Origin: Eledone cirrhosa
Lineage: Eukaryota
Assembly (NCBI GenBank): GCA_964016885.1
Contig: OZ024742.1
Location: 280,240,001-280,304,000 of the forward strand
DNA: 64,000 nt
Direction: 5' to 3'
Part shown: positions 41,153 through 55,861 of the stretch, one piece after another
Numbering within the stretch: position 1 is the stretch's first letter
Layout of the letters: the number at the start of each line of letters is the position of its first letter
The notes under the pieces: model-generated
Database searches by the model: none
What the model was told of the DNA's origin: nothing
What the model saw: the letters and a program-made list of their open reading frames with translations, nothing else
Translations under genes and position numbers: made by a program

Positions 41153-41737
41153 TAAAAGGAAAAGAAAATGCTGACAAATTTTTCCCAGTAAAAAATAGTT
41201 GAATTAGGAATAAGTATAAATTGGTAATATGTATTGGTTAGTATTCAGTTTTAGTTTTAAGTTTTTACCGGTTGCGCATGTCTAATGCTTTTCAAAAATA
41301 ATTTTGAGATAGAGCGCCCGTGATGTTTGCTCTAATCTGATCAGTTTTGGAAATTCTTCCTGATTTATGTGAAAAAAGTGGCTCCAGATGTATTAAGATT
41401 TGGTTGGGTGTTGAATGTCACGAGAATGAGTACTATAAATTTCGCGCCAATTCGTGTTGCAAAAATTATTGTAGTCAAAACAATGTTGATTGGTTGGTAG
41501 AGGTCACGTGAATGTTAAAAATTGATTTTGCGCCAAATGTAGGTTTGTCGAAGAGTGTCCATTTTCGGCTGATTGAGAAGTCACTGAAAAATAAGCTTAT
41601 TAAGATAAAAATATGTGTGTGTGTGTGTGTGTGTGTGTTGTAAAGAAGCTCATTGTTGTGATAATGGTCAGTAGGGATGTGTGTGTCAATTGCAGTCATG
41701 TTGAAAGGCTCAACAGTTCGGGTGTCTATTGAGACAA

Positions 41738-41795
<58 letters not shown>

Positions 41796-42708
41796 CAGAA
41801 TGGTACGTGGTAGAGGAAATAAATTCGGTCAGTAGGAATGCGTGTGTACGTGTGTTGAAAGATATTTTTCAGCTCTTGTCTTATTGGGAGAAGTGTGTTT
41901 GTGTGTGTGTGTGTGTATGTCTGTTTGTATGTTAGTGTACGCCTCTGTATGTTTGTGTGTATGTGTGTGTGTGGATGGACCGGTATTTTTGTGATACGAG
42001 TAAAAATGGTGTACATTATTCGATATTTTCAGTAATTTGCAAGAACGATTCTCTCAAAAGAACATCTAAAACGTTAATAATAAAAGGGGTGAAATGATGT
42101 ATAGTATTGTCATAACACCAAGGTGTGTGTGAGTGTACAGATTGTACGTACTGCAAGGGGAATCCATTAGGCCCTGCCGTATGGGAATACTTCTGTACAA
42201 ATATGTATGTGCCCATCAGTGTGCAATGCATGTGTGCGTATATGTATGCAAGTATTGTACACAAGTATTCCCATACTACAGGGCCTAATGGATTCCCCTG
42301 GCAGTACGTAAAATCTGGACACTCACACAAACCTCGGTGTTATGAAAATACTATACATCATTTCACCCCTTTTATTATTAATATTTTTGATATTCTTTCG
42401 AGGGAATCGTTTTTGCAAATTATTGAAAATATCGAATAATGTTCACCATTTTTACCAGTATCACAAAAATACTGGTCCATCCACAAATACACACACACAC
42501 ACACACATATATACTCACATACACATACACACATACATGCGCACGCACATACACACGCGTACACTAACATACAAACATACATACACACACATACACTTCT
42601 CCGTATAAGACAAGAGCTGAAAAATATCTTTCAACATGTTAAAATATTCCCCAAACACGCACACACACACACTGACCGAATTTATTTCCTCTACCACGAA
42701 CCACTCTG

Positions 42709-42749
<41 letters not shown>

Positions 42750-43332
42750 TATTTGTCTCAATAGATACCTGAACTGTTGACCTTTCAACATGACTGCAAT
42801 TCACACACACATCCCTACTGACGATTATCACAACAATCAACCTCTTTACTACACACAAACACACACATATTTGTCTTAATAAACTTATTTTTCAGTGACT
42901 TCTCAATCAGGCGAAAAAGGACACTCTTCGACAAACCTACACTTGGCGCAAAATAAATTTTTAACATTCACGGGACCTCTACCGACCAATCAAAATTGTT
43001 TTCACTACAAGAATTTTTGCAACACGAATTGGCGCGAAATTTATAGTACTCATTCACGTGACATTCAACAACCAACCAAATCTTAATACCTCTGGAGCCA
43101 CTTTTTTCACATAAAACAGGAAGAATTTCCAAAACTGATCAGATTAGAGCAAACATCACGGGCGCTCTATCTCAAAATTATTTTTGAAAAGCATTAGAAA
43201 TGCGCAACCGGTAAAAAGTTAAAACTAAAACTGAATACTAACCAATACTTATTACTAATTTATACTTATTCCTAATTCAACTATTTTTCACTGGGAAAAA
43301 TTTGTCAGCATTTTCTTTTCCTTTTACTAATA
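41148..43332. repeat. ~2.2-kb palindrome (arms ~1.05 kb) with variant HHRs near both outer ends
   Basis: 41148-42205 is the reverse complement of 42255-43332; bounded by (TA)n; third copy of the arm at 59520-60540. Confidence 0.9.
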
Positions 43333-43364
43333 TATCACAACTCATGCGTTACACCTCTATTTAA

Positions 43365-43569
<205 letters not shown>

Positions 43570-43585
43570 TAAATATATGTATATA

Positions 43586-43810
43586 TATTTTAATCTATAC
43601 TTGACTAATTGAACAATGGACAGGGCTGGTCATTTGGTGTAGTAGTATTAATTATAAAGTGTCAATTGAGGAAGGGTGAAATTTCGACTTCTACTGAATA
43701 ACATCAATGCTAGTAGCCAGCTGGTATATGCATTAGGGAATATAAATAATACTACTACACCAAATGACCAGCCCTGTCCATTGTTCAATTGGTCAAGTAT
43801 AGATTAAAAT
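43586..43810. repeat. Inverted repeat with ~65-bp arms
   Basis: ATTTTAATCTATACTTGAC...GTAGTATTA mirrored at 43747-43810. Confidence 0.8.
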
Positions 43811-44494
43811 AGGCACTCCCCAAAATTCTTATTTAGATAAAATAAACCATTTACTCATTGTATTCTCATTAGAAACCCTTTATATACTTGTTTAGCAGTA
43901 AATTGAATTACCATCTGTCATATACTTTCCCCTCTTTTCTTTCTCCATTACAACTAATATAAATACTTAAATTTTTCTGATTTCATCCAGTTTATCCAAA
44001 ATCTCTGAAGAAGTGACAACTGATTATACATTTGCTATCGAATACTTGCTAACATTATATGATTACGCAAGCAGCGATACATAGGTATTCCGTCTGTTAC
44101 AGAAACATATGTCAATACCTAATAAATTCCTTTTTTTTTTAAAAAGCACTTTCATTTTATATTCATCTTTTCTACATTTTTCTCCGGAATATAATTTATA
44201 CTCGTTGAGCAAACCTACACGTACGCTGTTCATCTCTAACGTAACGATATATTATCACTACATTATTGATAACCTTTAATTTTATATATATATATATGTA
44301 TATATATATACATATATATATTATATATATTAATAATCACATTCGATTCATTTGCAATTATGCAAACAAGCCTCAATTTTATATTGGTTAGTTGAATGAA
44401 CTCTTCATTTTTGCTCTTTTGTTGGCATGTGAATAGAACTGCATGTAGAGCGAACACTTCCTTGATATATATATATATACATATATTTATAATA

Positions 44495-45515
44495 ATTATA
44501 AAAGTGGATGAATACCTCAACAGGTACAATATACTTGTAGAAATATGCAAGTTGTTTATAATACTTGTGGTTCAATGGTACTAATTCAAGATGCCAGAAC
44601 AATATAAAAATTAGCGAAGCAAGCGGTTATTAAACAATTCTCTAAATAAATTAAAAAACGATTTAAATAATCACCTGTTCCATTGCTGTTACCGATGGTC
44701 TCATCATTCCAAAAGATTGGAAATCCAAAGAATTTCCAATGGAAAGAAATGAATCTTCAGACAGCCTATTTCCACACCATAAGGTTGCAAGCCGCATAGT
44801 AAGTAAATATTTCGCTTCTTGCCCAACGCATGCGGTCAAGCCGTTAAAATGACGCACACGCAAAATCAGGTCGCTGATAATAGCTGTATATTATAAACAT
44901 GTTGATATTGCCACTAAAATTAGCAGCATTATTCAACGTTTTGTTCTCTAGATAAGGAGAAAAATTATAAAAGTGGATGAATACCTCAACAGGTACAATG
45001 TACTTGTAGAAATATGCAAGTTGTTTATAATACTTGTGGTTCAATGGTACTAATTCGAGATGCCAGAACAATATAAAAAGTAGCGAAGCAAGCGGTTATT
45101 AAACAGTTCTCTAAATAAATTAAAAAACGATTTAAATAATCACCTGTTCCATTGCTGTTACCGACGGTTTCATCATTCCAAAAGATTGGAAATCCAGAGA
45201 ATTTCCAATGGAAAGAAATGAATCTTCAGACAGCCTATTTCCACACCATAAGGTTGCAAGCCCCATAGTAAGTAAATATTTCGCTTCTTGCCCAACGCAT
45301 GCGGTCAAGCCGTTAAAATGACGCACACGCAAAATCAGGTCGCTGATAATAGCTGTATATTATAAACATGTTGATATTGGAAATTCTCTGGATTTTCAAT
45401 CTTTTGGAATGATGAAACCGTCGGTAACAGCAATGGAACAGGTGATTATTTAAATCGTTTTTTAATTTATTTAGAGAATTGTTTAATAACTGCTTGCTTC
45501 GCTACTTTTTATATT
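44495..45515 (-). mobile_element. 469-bp HHR-bearing tandem dimer plus inverted partial copy (retrozyme/pLTR-like)
   Basis: Period 469; HHR at 45154-45234 (-): GCTGT-CTGAAGA-long stem II-GAAA-CCGTCGG-TA-ACAGC; inverted arm at 45378-45515. Confidence 0.8.
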
Positions 45516-46373
45516 TATAATATGTAAAACGAAGAATCAGTGATGCTTCGGAACAAATTTATTACGTATTTCAATTGTTTCTCCAGCAAACAGCTCGAGG
45601 TGTGATCTGTTTGTAGATCGAACCTGACTCTGGATTCGCAGGTTCCTCAGTTACGTCTAGTGATTTCGAATAAAGTCCTCTTTCTGCTAGACTCTGATCT
45701 TTAGATTTCTATCATCTGTCTTCATCATATTTGCGCTGTACTCCGATTAGTTGGTAGTTCGAGACGTCATCTTTGGGTATGACCATTCAAGTCTGCCCAC
45801 TGACCAATTCCATTCAGGCGTGAGCAGTCACTTACACTAATCTCGTCACCAGAGGTTACTGCTAAGTGTATGAGAGGTTTTATTACCTCTCTTGCCATTC
45901 CATTGCTTGCCCGTCCCTCCACACACATACAGCCACACGCACGTGTGGTCACACATACACAGATATTCCGAGTCGTAATTGCACACCTATCTGGGCGGAC
46001 ATACACACACATACACACACACACACACCTAGCCTCAATCTTATAGCCATGTCAGAGCTAATGAAAATATATACTATTTTCAAAAATACACAGTGAATGA
46101 TCGGCCTGATTTGCATATTAGCAATATATATATATATATATGCTTTTTACATTCATTTGATTTATTGATTTATTGATAATTTATCTGAGTGTCCCGAATC
46201 TTCCATATCGCAACTTTTCGGTCGTTTGGTTGATTGTAGACATATTCTACGTGTGACGGTATTTTAACGATAGTTATAGCTCTGATTTATTTGAATCATG
46301 GAGCCCTCTGCCGCTCATCTCGAATTTTGTTTATCGTGAACTCGTACGCCGATTTTTCGATACTCGATTATTC

Positions 46374-46466
<93 letters not shown>

Positions 46467-46467
46467 T

Positions 46468-46518
<51 letters not shown>

Positions 46519-46577
46519 TATATAGATATATATGTATGTATATACACACACATACACACATACACACACACACACAC

Positions 46578-46643
<66 letters not shown>

Positions 46644-46724
46644 GTGTGTTTAATGGTAGCTATGTTGCTTCCATAGGCGGTATGCCAGTTGACCACTCTA
46701 TGTTCTTACAGAGCAGAGTGTGAT

Positions 46725-47849
46725 ATAATATAAAAAAACGAAAAATCAGTGATGCATCTAGACTCAGTTTATTGCGTGTTACAATTGTTTCGCTGGCAGA
46801 TAGCTCGAGACATGATCATTGGTGTAAGGACAGAGATATATACATGCGTGAGTGTATCTTCTTTGTGGATGTACGTGGACACGGAGGTAATTGGGCGCGT
46901 ATTTGTTGGAATGTATATGAGCTAGTGAGTGGGGGGGGGGCGTATGTGGGTGTGTGTGTGTATGCGTGTGTAAGTACACCTACATAGGGCAGAGTTTTTT
47001 GTATGTTTATGTGCGTGTACATATACATATGTGTAGATGTATATACGTGTCTGTATGTAGGTGTGTATGTGTGTTTGTGTCTTTGGAAGTGTGTCTGTCC
47101 TTGTTGTCTATCAATAAGCACAGGCGTGTATGTGTGTGCGTGTGTGCTTCTATGTATATGTCTGTGAGTGTTTGTGTATATGTGCAGATGTACGCGAACG
47201 CTGATATGTGTCCTTGTATGCGTGTACGAGTGTCTGCGTGTGTGTACGTGTGCGTGCGTGTGAGACCGAATGTATGGGGTTATATAGGCAGGCGCCAGTG
47301 GACGTGTGTTGGTGTGTATATGGGTGTGGGTATATGGGGTGTAATGTGTAAGAGTGGAAGTGTGTGTGTGTGTGTATGTATATGGGTGTGTGTGTCTACA
47401 CATGTGTGCGTACATATGTGTGTGCATATATATGTGACTGCGTGTGTGTGTATGTGTATGTGTATTTATATGTGTGTGTGTATGTGTGGGTATATATTTG
47501 CGAGTGTGAGCGGACTAGTGAGATACCAAACCCAGCATGAGTCCGTTGAAGTGTGTCGGACGGAGAGGAGCTGATGACAGTGTGGCAGCAAATATTGATC
47601 AGAATTTATGATGACCTAGAAAAACAATAGCCAATGGCAAGACAAGAGTGGAAGATGTTTTTTGAAGGTGTTTTGTGAGAAAATTTGCTCCGAAAGCATT
47701 GCATGTGTCCGAAGAACCCGCAGTTATAGAATCAGGCAGATCCATACAATGATCATGTCTCGGGGTGTTACAATTGTTTCTCTGCCGGCGAAACAATGGT
47801 AACACGCAATAAACTAGGTCTAGATGCATCACAGATTTTTCGTTTTTTT

Positions 47850-47857
<8 letters not shown>
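46725..47857. repeat. Inverted HHR-bearing arms flanking a degenerate (TG)-rich tract
   Basis: 46725-46825 mirrors 47740-47857; + HHR GTGT-CCGAAGA...GAAA-CAATGG-TA-ACAC at ~47705-47805; related copy at 45530-45660. Confidence 0.7.
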
Positions 47858-47887
<30 letters not shown>

Positions 47888-47893
<6 letters not shown>

Positions 47894-49729
47894 GTGAGGT
47901 TTGCTTTACAAAATAAAAAATAATCGAGGTGTCCTACACGAGTGAAAGTATAAGAAAAAAAATGAAATCGGAAATGTAACTGGAGTCTTTTTTTTTTAAA
48001 TATATATTTATTTGGTTCCTTTATCGGTTTCGCAGTTCTTCTGCTTTTCAAAAGCAGAAATGAGATCGAGCACCTGGGGTTTTTCTCACATCTGGTTGGT
48101 CTTTGAATGTCACTTTTGTTTTATAGGGGAAAAGGGGGCTCGAAATGCCAGGATTTTAGAGAAGTAATTTGGTTGGTTGGTGAATAAGTATAATAAATTT
48201 CGCGCCAGTTCGCGTTACAAAGTTCTTATTATATTTGCCTTCAAACAAAGGAGGGACTCAGGTTGTTTTTTCATATATGAGTGAAGTTTGCTTGGTTGAT
48301 GCAGTCACGTGAATAGGTATATCAGCTTTCACGCCAGTTTGTGTTTGAATTTCTTTTACTTAAAAAAGGTGGCTCACGATGGGTTTTTTTTATTAATATC
48401 ATTTGATTAGTTATGAATGAAATTTTGGTTGTCACATGAACAAGTACATTCAATTTCGCGCCCGTATTTGGGAATTTTCTTATAGCCGTTTAGAGAATTT
48501 ATTGCCAAACAAAAGATCATGGTCAAGAAAAATGGATGCAGAGAGTTGTTCTGAGCACGACTGATGTGCTGAAATGTAATTTGATTGGTTATAAATGGAA
48601 TTATGACTGTCACGTGAACAAGTACATTAAATTTCGTGCCCGTATTTGGGGATTTATTTTGTAGCCTTTTAGAGGATTTTGTGCTAAACAAACGATAATG
48701 GTCAAGAACAATGGGATGGGGAGAATTGTTTTGGTTCAGTGAATATGGCTGGTGCGCTGGGGTGTCAGAATTCAGACTGTCTATTGAAATAAAGAAAGTA
48801 GAGATATGTATGTTTATTTGTGTGCTTGTGTGTGTGTGTGTGTAGTAAGATGATCCTATTAGTAGAAATAGGGGAGGGAGAGTTGGGTGTGTGTGTATAT
48901 GCGTGTTATGTCTGTGTGTGTGTATATGGGTGTTATGTGTGTGTGTGTGTGTGTGTATATGGGTGTTATGTGTGTGTGTGTATATGGGTGTTATGTGTGT
49001 GTGTATGTATGGTTAGCATGTTAAGATGGAGAGAATATATATATGTTATGTGTGTGTGTGGGTGTGTGTGTGAGTGTAGGAAAATGATTCTATTAGTTGA
49101 AATGGAGGAGGGAATTGTGTGTATGTGTGTGTGGGAGTATGGTTAGCATGTTAAGATGGAGAGAATATATATATTTTTTGTAAATGTGTGTGAGTGTAGG
49201 AAAATGATTCCGTTAGTAGAAATGGGGGAGGGACTTATGTGTGTGTGGGGGTGTGGTTAGCATGTAAATGTGTTAGAGCATTAACGTATGTAAAGGTTTA
49301 TTTAGTTCGGGTTTTTATTTTCTAATGTAAAAAGAAATTCAAACACAAACTGGCGCGAAAGCTGATGTGCTTATTCACTGACTCATCAACCAACCAAAGT
49401 TCACTCATATATGAAAAAAACAACCTGAGTCCCCCCTTTGTTTGAAGGCAAATATAATAAGAACTTTGTAACGCGAACTGGCGCAAAATTTATTATACTT
49501 ATTCACCAACCAACCAAATTACTTCTCTAAAAACCTGGCATTTCGAGCCACTATTTTGCGTATAAAACACAAGTAACATTCAAAGACCAACCAGATGAGA
49601 GAAAAACCACAGATCCTCCATCTCAATTCTACTTTTGGAAAGTAGAAGAACTGCGAAAGCGTTAAAGGAAGCAAATAAATATATATTAAAAAAAAGTCTC
49701 CAGTTGCATTTTCGATCTCATCTTTTCTA

Positions 49730-49735
<6 letters not shown>
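47888..49735. repeat. Inverted repeat (arms ~47950-48350 / 49338-49735) with U3-A8 HHRs
   Basis: HHR at 48019-48054 (-) and 49632-49667 (+); bounded by (TA)n. Confidence 0.8.
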
Positions 49736-49789
<54 letters not shown>

Positions 49790-49795
<6 letters not shown>

Positions 49796-50599
49796 ATCAT
49801 GTCCTTAGAATCATTAGGCAAAATATATATTATACTATTTCCTCTCCCAATTAGCATAATTAACCATATAAAAATTCAATTAAGAATAAAGGCTCCTATG
49901 AAGAAATATTTGATAAATAACCGAAAGCAGCCTGTTCGCGGTTGACCACAATAGAGTATTTACCTAACATTTCAACACCATGTAGAAACTGACCAAATAT
50001 ACTGTCAACCATACACAATTAGGTATAAATTTAAAGTTAGAAGAAATGCGTACTTACCGTAATTATATCCCTACCATGGTTTCGTTCGTTTTTTGAGATA
50101 TTCTATTAAGGATAAATCACGAGTATCGAACTCATAAGGAGACAAACTCAATAGGACAGCTAATTTTCCAAAGCGATCCCGCCAGAAATAGATTTAAAAA
50201 AGGCTAAGAACGTGACGTGGCAGTGGTCAAGTTAGAAATAATGTGATTAGTCGTTTACGGCGAGTAGGCTGGTTGCTAGAAAGCGCAGCCCAATAGCGCC
50301 CAAATTACATCTCAACCCAACAGGAGATTATTAAATATAAAGAATTACAGATACATAAAGTCACAGATATATATGTGGCTACCGTTCACGATGTGGCTCA
50401 ATGAAGAATTAATAAATGAAATAATCAGAGCAATATTTTATAAATCATGTACTTAGAATCATTAGACAAAATATATATACTATTTCCTCTCCCATGATTT
50501 ATAATATATTGCTCTGATTATTTAATTTATTAATTCTTCATTGAGCCACATCGTGAACGGTTGCCACATATATATCTGTGACTTTATGTATATGTAAAT

Positions 50600-50605
<6 letters not shown>
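49790..50605 (-). mobile_element. Non-coding partial tandem element (unit ~648 bp) plus inverted arm; HHR motif at ~50070-50141
   Basis: Minus strand CTC-CTTATGA-GTTCG...CGAAC-GAAA-CCATGG-TA-GGG; homologous to 27312-28225. Confidence 0.7.
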
Positions 50606-50654
<49 letters not shown>

Positions 50655-50656
<2 letters not shown>

Positions 50657-52580
50657 GAAGTTGTATTTAATTTGTTGGAATTCCGACAAACGTAAATGTT
50701 TATAACTGATTTAGAGCACTCAACAGTTTACTGGAGTTTAATATTCCATGATATTAAATAAATGAAGCTATATTTGTAAAACCATATTTATTTTATTATA
50801 TATATTTCAAGGGCAACCAAGCCAACCTTGGTACACTTTCATCAGATAAAATACGAAGTTTGTTTTATAAATAAAGACGCACCCATGAAAATCATACCTT
50901 ATCGGTCGGAAATTCACTGGATAGTGGAAACATATTAGGGAATATTCAAAGTTAAGTATGAATATGCAAATGAATGTGTAAATAATTGAAAAAATAACCG
51001 TTTATTTAAATGACGCTGGGGAAAGATAGGGAAGAAAGAGAGAGAGAAAAAATATTAATATTATGAGATAGAAAGAGAGATGAAATTTACAAGAGGATGA
51101 ATAGAACACATGTAACGTAAATAAGTTTTAAGTTTATATCTACTAATGTTTATATTTACTATTATTATGTTGTTAGAATTCATTTCTAATATAATATAAT
51201 ATAATATTTACTATTATAAGTAAATAGAAAAAATAGGTATATATAGAAAAATAAATATATATATAAAAATATGTTGAAAAATAAATTGAAAAATAAAAAA
51301 AAATAGATAGATAGAAAAATAGATATATGAATGGATAGATGGGTATATATAGTTATATATAATTGTTTTAATGAGTTATGAGGGATATTGGTTTATGTGT
51401 ATTGTAAGTAATTAAGTTAACTGAGTTAATAAGAATATTTATATATTTTAAATGTTTTAAATTGGAAAGATACGGAAAAAACCACCAGATTTGTTTGTTT
51501 ATTAGTTAGTATGACACCATTTTGTCGAAGATATAAATGTTTAAAGATATATTTAGCCTGAATTAGTTATTGGATATAAATCTAATAGAAAATATTAAAA
51601 AATGTTTTTAAAAAATATTAAACAATATTAAACTTTCTGGAAAATCTATAAAAAAATGTACGGAAAATACTTTAAAAAAGTACTTAAAAAACATTAAAAA
51701 AAAATTTAAACATCTTTAAAAAAAAAATTTTAAAACTCTTTAAAAAAAATCTTTAACAAATCTTAAAAATTATTAAAAAATATTTCATACGAGATAAGTA
51801 GATTTTTTTTTTAAATAAGTAATTTTTAAAAAAATAAGTAATTTTTTTAAAATAATTAATTTCTAAATATATGAAATATTTTGGAAGTAAAAAATATTTT
51901 GGAAGTAAAGAATAATAAATAATGAAAAAGAAAGATTTCAGGAGTAAAAAAAAAAAAAAAAGAAAGAATTAAAAAACCTTAAAAGAATATTAAAATTAAA
52001 GTTAAAATTAAAAATTAAAATTTAAAAATGTTAGGATCATATATGTATATAATTTGAGAAATTTTAATAAGTGAAGTTATAAGAAGTGAAAATATAGCAA
52101 ACAATATATAGAAACAAGTAGAAATATTATAAGTGTAATTATAATTTATATATAGTTCTAAATGTTGACTTTAAACGATGTTTACAAGAACTAAATAAAT
52201 TCATACGTATATTAATAGAGTTCTTACATTTAAGTATGAAGAACATTTCATCTTTCTTTCTATCTCATAATATTAATATTTTTTCTCTCTCTCTTTCTTC
52301 CCTATCTTTCCCCAGCGGCATAAACGGTTGTTTTTTCAATTATTTACACATTCATTTGCATATTCATACATAACTTTGAATATTCCCTAATATGTTTCCA
52401 CTAACCAGTGAATTTCCGACCGATAAGGTATGATTTTCATAGGCACGCCTTTATTTATAAAACAAACCTTTATATTTTATCTTATGAAAGCGCACCGAGG
52501 TTGGCTTTGTTGCCCTTGAAATATATATAATAAAATAAATATGGTTTTATAAATATAGTTTCCATTTATTTAATATCATG
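50655..52580. repeat. Inverted repeat (arms ~50745-51085 / 52245-52580) with HHRs around an A/T-rich spacer
   Basis: HHR at ~50790-50852 (-) and ~52474-52536 (+, core mutated to CTTATGA). Confidence 0.8.
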
Positions 52581-52609
52581 TTATATATATATATATATAT
52601 AAACAATGG

Positions 52610-52669
<60 letters not shown>

Positions 52670-53035
52670 CCATTGTTTTCATGTTTCCAAATGTATATAT
52701 ATATATGAAAGTTTGTGGGTTTTCTTATGTCATATGCGAGAAAAACCACAAACCCTCCATCTTAATTCTACTTTTGAAAAGCATGAGAACTGTGAAACCA
52801 GTAAAGGAAACAAATAAATATCCTTAAAAATACTCCAGTTGCATTTTCGATTTCATCTTTTTTCCTTTTATATATGTATATATATATATGTGTGTAAAAG
52901 TTATATTTAAATTGTTGGGATACAACAAGCAAATATTTTTATAACTGATATAAAGCTATCCGGGAGCTTCCAATAGTAATGGTTGCATTCTTTAAGGGTA
53001 TGTCAATGTTTATTTATAAAACTGCTCTATATTAT

Positions 53036-53098
53036 ATTTTATCTGATGAAAGCACACCATAATTTAACTTGGTGTCCTTGAAATATGTATAATGAAAT
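53036..53098 (+). ncRNA. Intact hammerhead ribozyme motif
   Basis: ATTTTAT-CTGATGA-aagcACACCA..TGGTGTcctt-GAAA-TATGTA-TA-ATGAAAT; same motif at 58265-58327 (-). Confidence 0.85.
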
Positions 53099-53399
53099 AA
53101 ATATGATTTTATAAATATAGTTTTCATTTGTTAATATCGTTTGAATTCGGTGGTTCACCACTGGGTGGAATTGTTCATTCAACAATGTTAATCATTATGT
53201 AATTGTAGGAAAGCGCTCGACGTAACGCAACGTATCCATCATATATGTTGAATCCTGCTGGAGGTGCGGGGATGGAAATAAATATCATATTATAGAGTAA
53301 AATGACAGGAGGCCAGGCAGGTCGAGTTCATTCAAATTTCTATTTCAGAAATACAAATTTGAAAGAACTCAACCTGTCCGGATTCGTGTCATTTTACTC

Positions 53400-54050
53400 T
53401 ATAATATTATGGTAGTATGCCTCTTGTTTGAATATCTGAAGGTCGTTTCAGGTTTATATTTGGAGAAACTATGACAAATGTAGGTATGTTAGAAGCCGTA
53501 ATCATGAAACGAAATTTAGATATGAGACATACCTATATGCTCGTGTTTTTTGACATCCCAATTCGTTTTGGAGTTGTTTCTGTTGTCTTCGACTTGATCA
53601 TTGTCTACAAGTATCTTAGAAAATTTAGTTACAGATGCCTTAACAACATAGAGCGGTAAGGTACTTTGTCAAGGCAGCTGTAAATACATTTAAGCATATT
53701 GAATATCTTGTACCGATGTGAGCTGGGAAAAGAATGCTTCAGGCTATATTCGTGGAACCATTGAGATTATGGAGTGTTTTGTACCATATGACTTTTCGGA
53801 TTATGGCATTCCTTCCTTTGTGAAAGACAGCTCAATGTAATATTTATTTTTGTTACTCCCCCTTGTAAAAGCAATCTTGTAGTAAGTGGCGGCTCTTTCG
53901 AAGGACTGGCTGAATATCACTCTGGTAACGTCGTTGTCTATTTGCTGGGTAATGTTGGGAGGATGTTTAGGGGTGATCTTCGATCGTTAGGCCGGTGTTC
54001 AAGTCCAGGATATCTGCTGGAAGTTCACAGTTGCAGTTTGGCCATAAATC
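53400..54050 (-). pseudogene. Highly degraded Naiad-type PLE fragment
   Basis: Broken frames give TVNF..ILDLNTG, HPPNITQQI, SFERAATYY, IRKVIWY..STNIA, collinear with the 22.6-24.2 kb ORF. Confidence 0.5.
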
Positions 54051-54384
54051 TCGTCTCGCGAGTGATCTGACTCAAACATTTTTCTAATCTTGATGTCATG
54101 ACATCTGAAATTGAGGTCTACGCAGGTAAGTTGAGTGACATGTAAACTATATTATATGCATAACAAGTGGTCTAAGTCGGATACTAGCAATTATATATAT
54201 ATATCAGATAGGGTTTGGTAAAATAACAGGTTGACCATAGCCCACCAGAGTACTCGATACTTGGAGTAGTAGAGTGGGTAATATGACTTTCCTCTCACCA
54301 AAGATTGGTGGCCTGAGAATCACGCCAGAATAGTCATAGGAGGTGGGGTTTTTTTACAATTTCAACATCAAAGCCGCAGAAGTA

Positions 54385-54455
54385 TGGGATGTCGCCCGGG
54401 ATCGAACGGGGTGGAACGTCATGGTTCGTCAAACACTGATACACTGATACCACAA
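54385..54455 (-). mobile_element. Degenerate tRNA-like SINE head
   Basis: B-box GTTCGATCCC on the minus strand; no full cloverleaf. Confidence 0.35.
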
Positions 54456-55331
54456 GAAGAAGAAGACAGCTTATAATAGAATATAAAAGATGAATATATT
54501 TTCATGCATTCTTTCATTGTTTTATTTTTCAGTTTCAATATTGGACAGACGGCCACGCTGGAGTACCAACTTCAATGGATTTCAATGATTGTAGAAACTA
54601 CAGAACACATTTCAATCTGGTATTTATGACATATATTTAATGAATACCTAGACAAAACCTTTGACAGAACACCGATTTTTCAACGCTAAATAGGAAGACA
54701 GCGTCGGACACAAATTCAGGCTACATATATACAATTACTCATACTCACACTTACTTGTACATACATGTTGAGAAGAGATAGCTAATGGGACAGTATTTAT
54801 TATGCACAAGTCAGATGTCTATTTCCTTGAACGACACATACACAAGTTAAATATAAAACTATTTTTATCAATTATTTTCCTCCTGTCAGCATTCCATATA
54901 AATATTTAATATTAGTTAAAAATATATGTAATTGTTTAAGTTTTATTACCTATATCATTTAAATCCCATAGAAAGGAATTCAATATATAATGTAGACATA
55001 TATCATGCATAAAGGCATATAAAATTTAACTTAATATTGCTAACAAAATTCCTGCCAAGTATTGCGAGGGCCACGGTACCCCATATCATTTATTAGCAAT
55101 ATATTTGAACAGATATTTATTTGCGATTGCTAACTAAATGTATAGATATATTTCAGTTAAAATGTGAACGATGGAGGGGAAAAAAAGAATGTAAGAACAA
55201 ACCAGAAAATTATACCCGTTCGATCGATCTGAAAGATTGAGCAGCTACATCTACTGAAGGCCAAGGTCATTTATTTATTCATTGTCGTTCGGCCAAGGAG
55301 GAGATGCCGGTGTCAATGACAGTTTCTATTA

Positions 55332-55505
55332 CAGTGAAATTTCGTTATGACCAAATTCACGGGGTATAAAAAAAACATTTGTTATGACTAAAATTTCCTT
55401 ATAACGAGGTCGATCGAAACAAATCCGGCGTTTGTTTGGTATTACCTCGGGGATTGAAAAAAAAATCGATATATTGAAAAGTTTGTTATATCGGAATTTT
55501 ACCTG
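55332..55505. mobile_element. Probable Tc1/mariner-pogo-type MITE
   Basis: TA-CAGTGAAATTTCGTTAT ... TTATATCGGAATTTTACCTG-TA: imperfect terminal inverted repeats with TA flanks. Confidence 0.5.
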
Positions 55506-55739
55506 TATCAGAGCTCATGGGACTGAGTAGAGGGAGGGAAGAGGAGTGGAAGGCATCAAAAACTGTTGATTCGACCCGAAGGCAAGAAACAGAGTGAACT
55601 CCACTAAAAATACGTTAGATCCTGTTCGGGTTGAAAAAATGGATGGAGGACTAAGTCAACCAGCCAAAGATGGCACGATGGGGCTTCACGTTATAATCTA
55701 TATGTATCTATCTAATTATCTCCGTAACTAACTGTAAAA

Positions 55740-55792
<53 letters not shown>

Positions 55793-55861
55793 GTAGGTCC
55801 CCGGTTTAGTCGGGGATAACCACAGTAAGTAAGGTACTCAATACATGGCAGAGTAAATTTT

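Noticed and set aside
51590-52030. Periodic A-tract region (TTAAAAAA-like repeats)
   Set aside because: Low-complexity spacer inside an inverted repeat; no definable unit or function beyond possible DNA curvature
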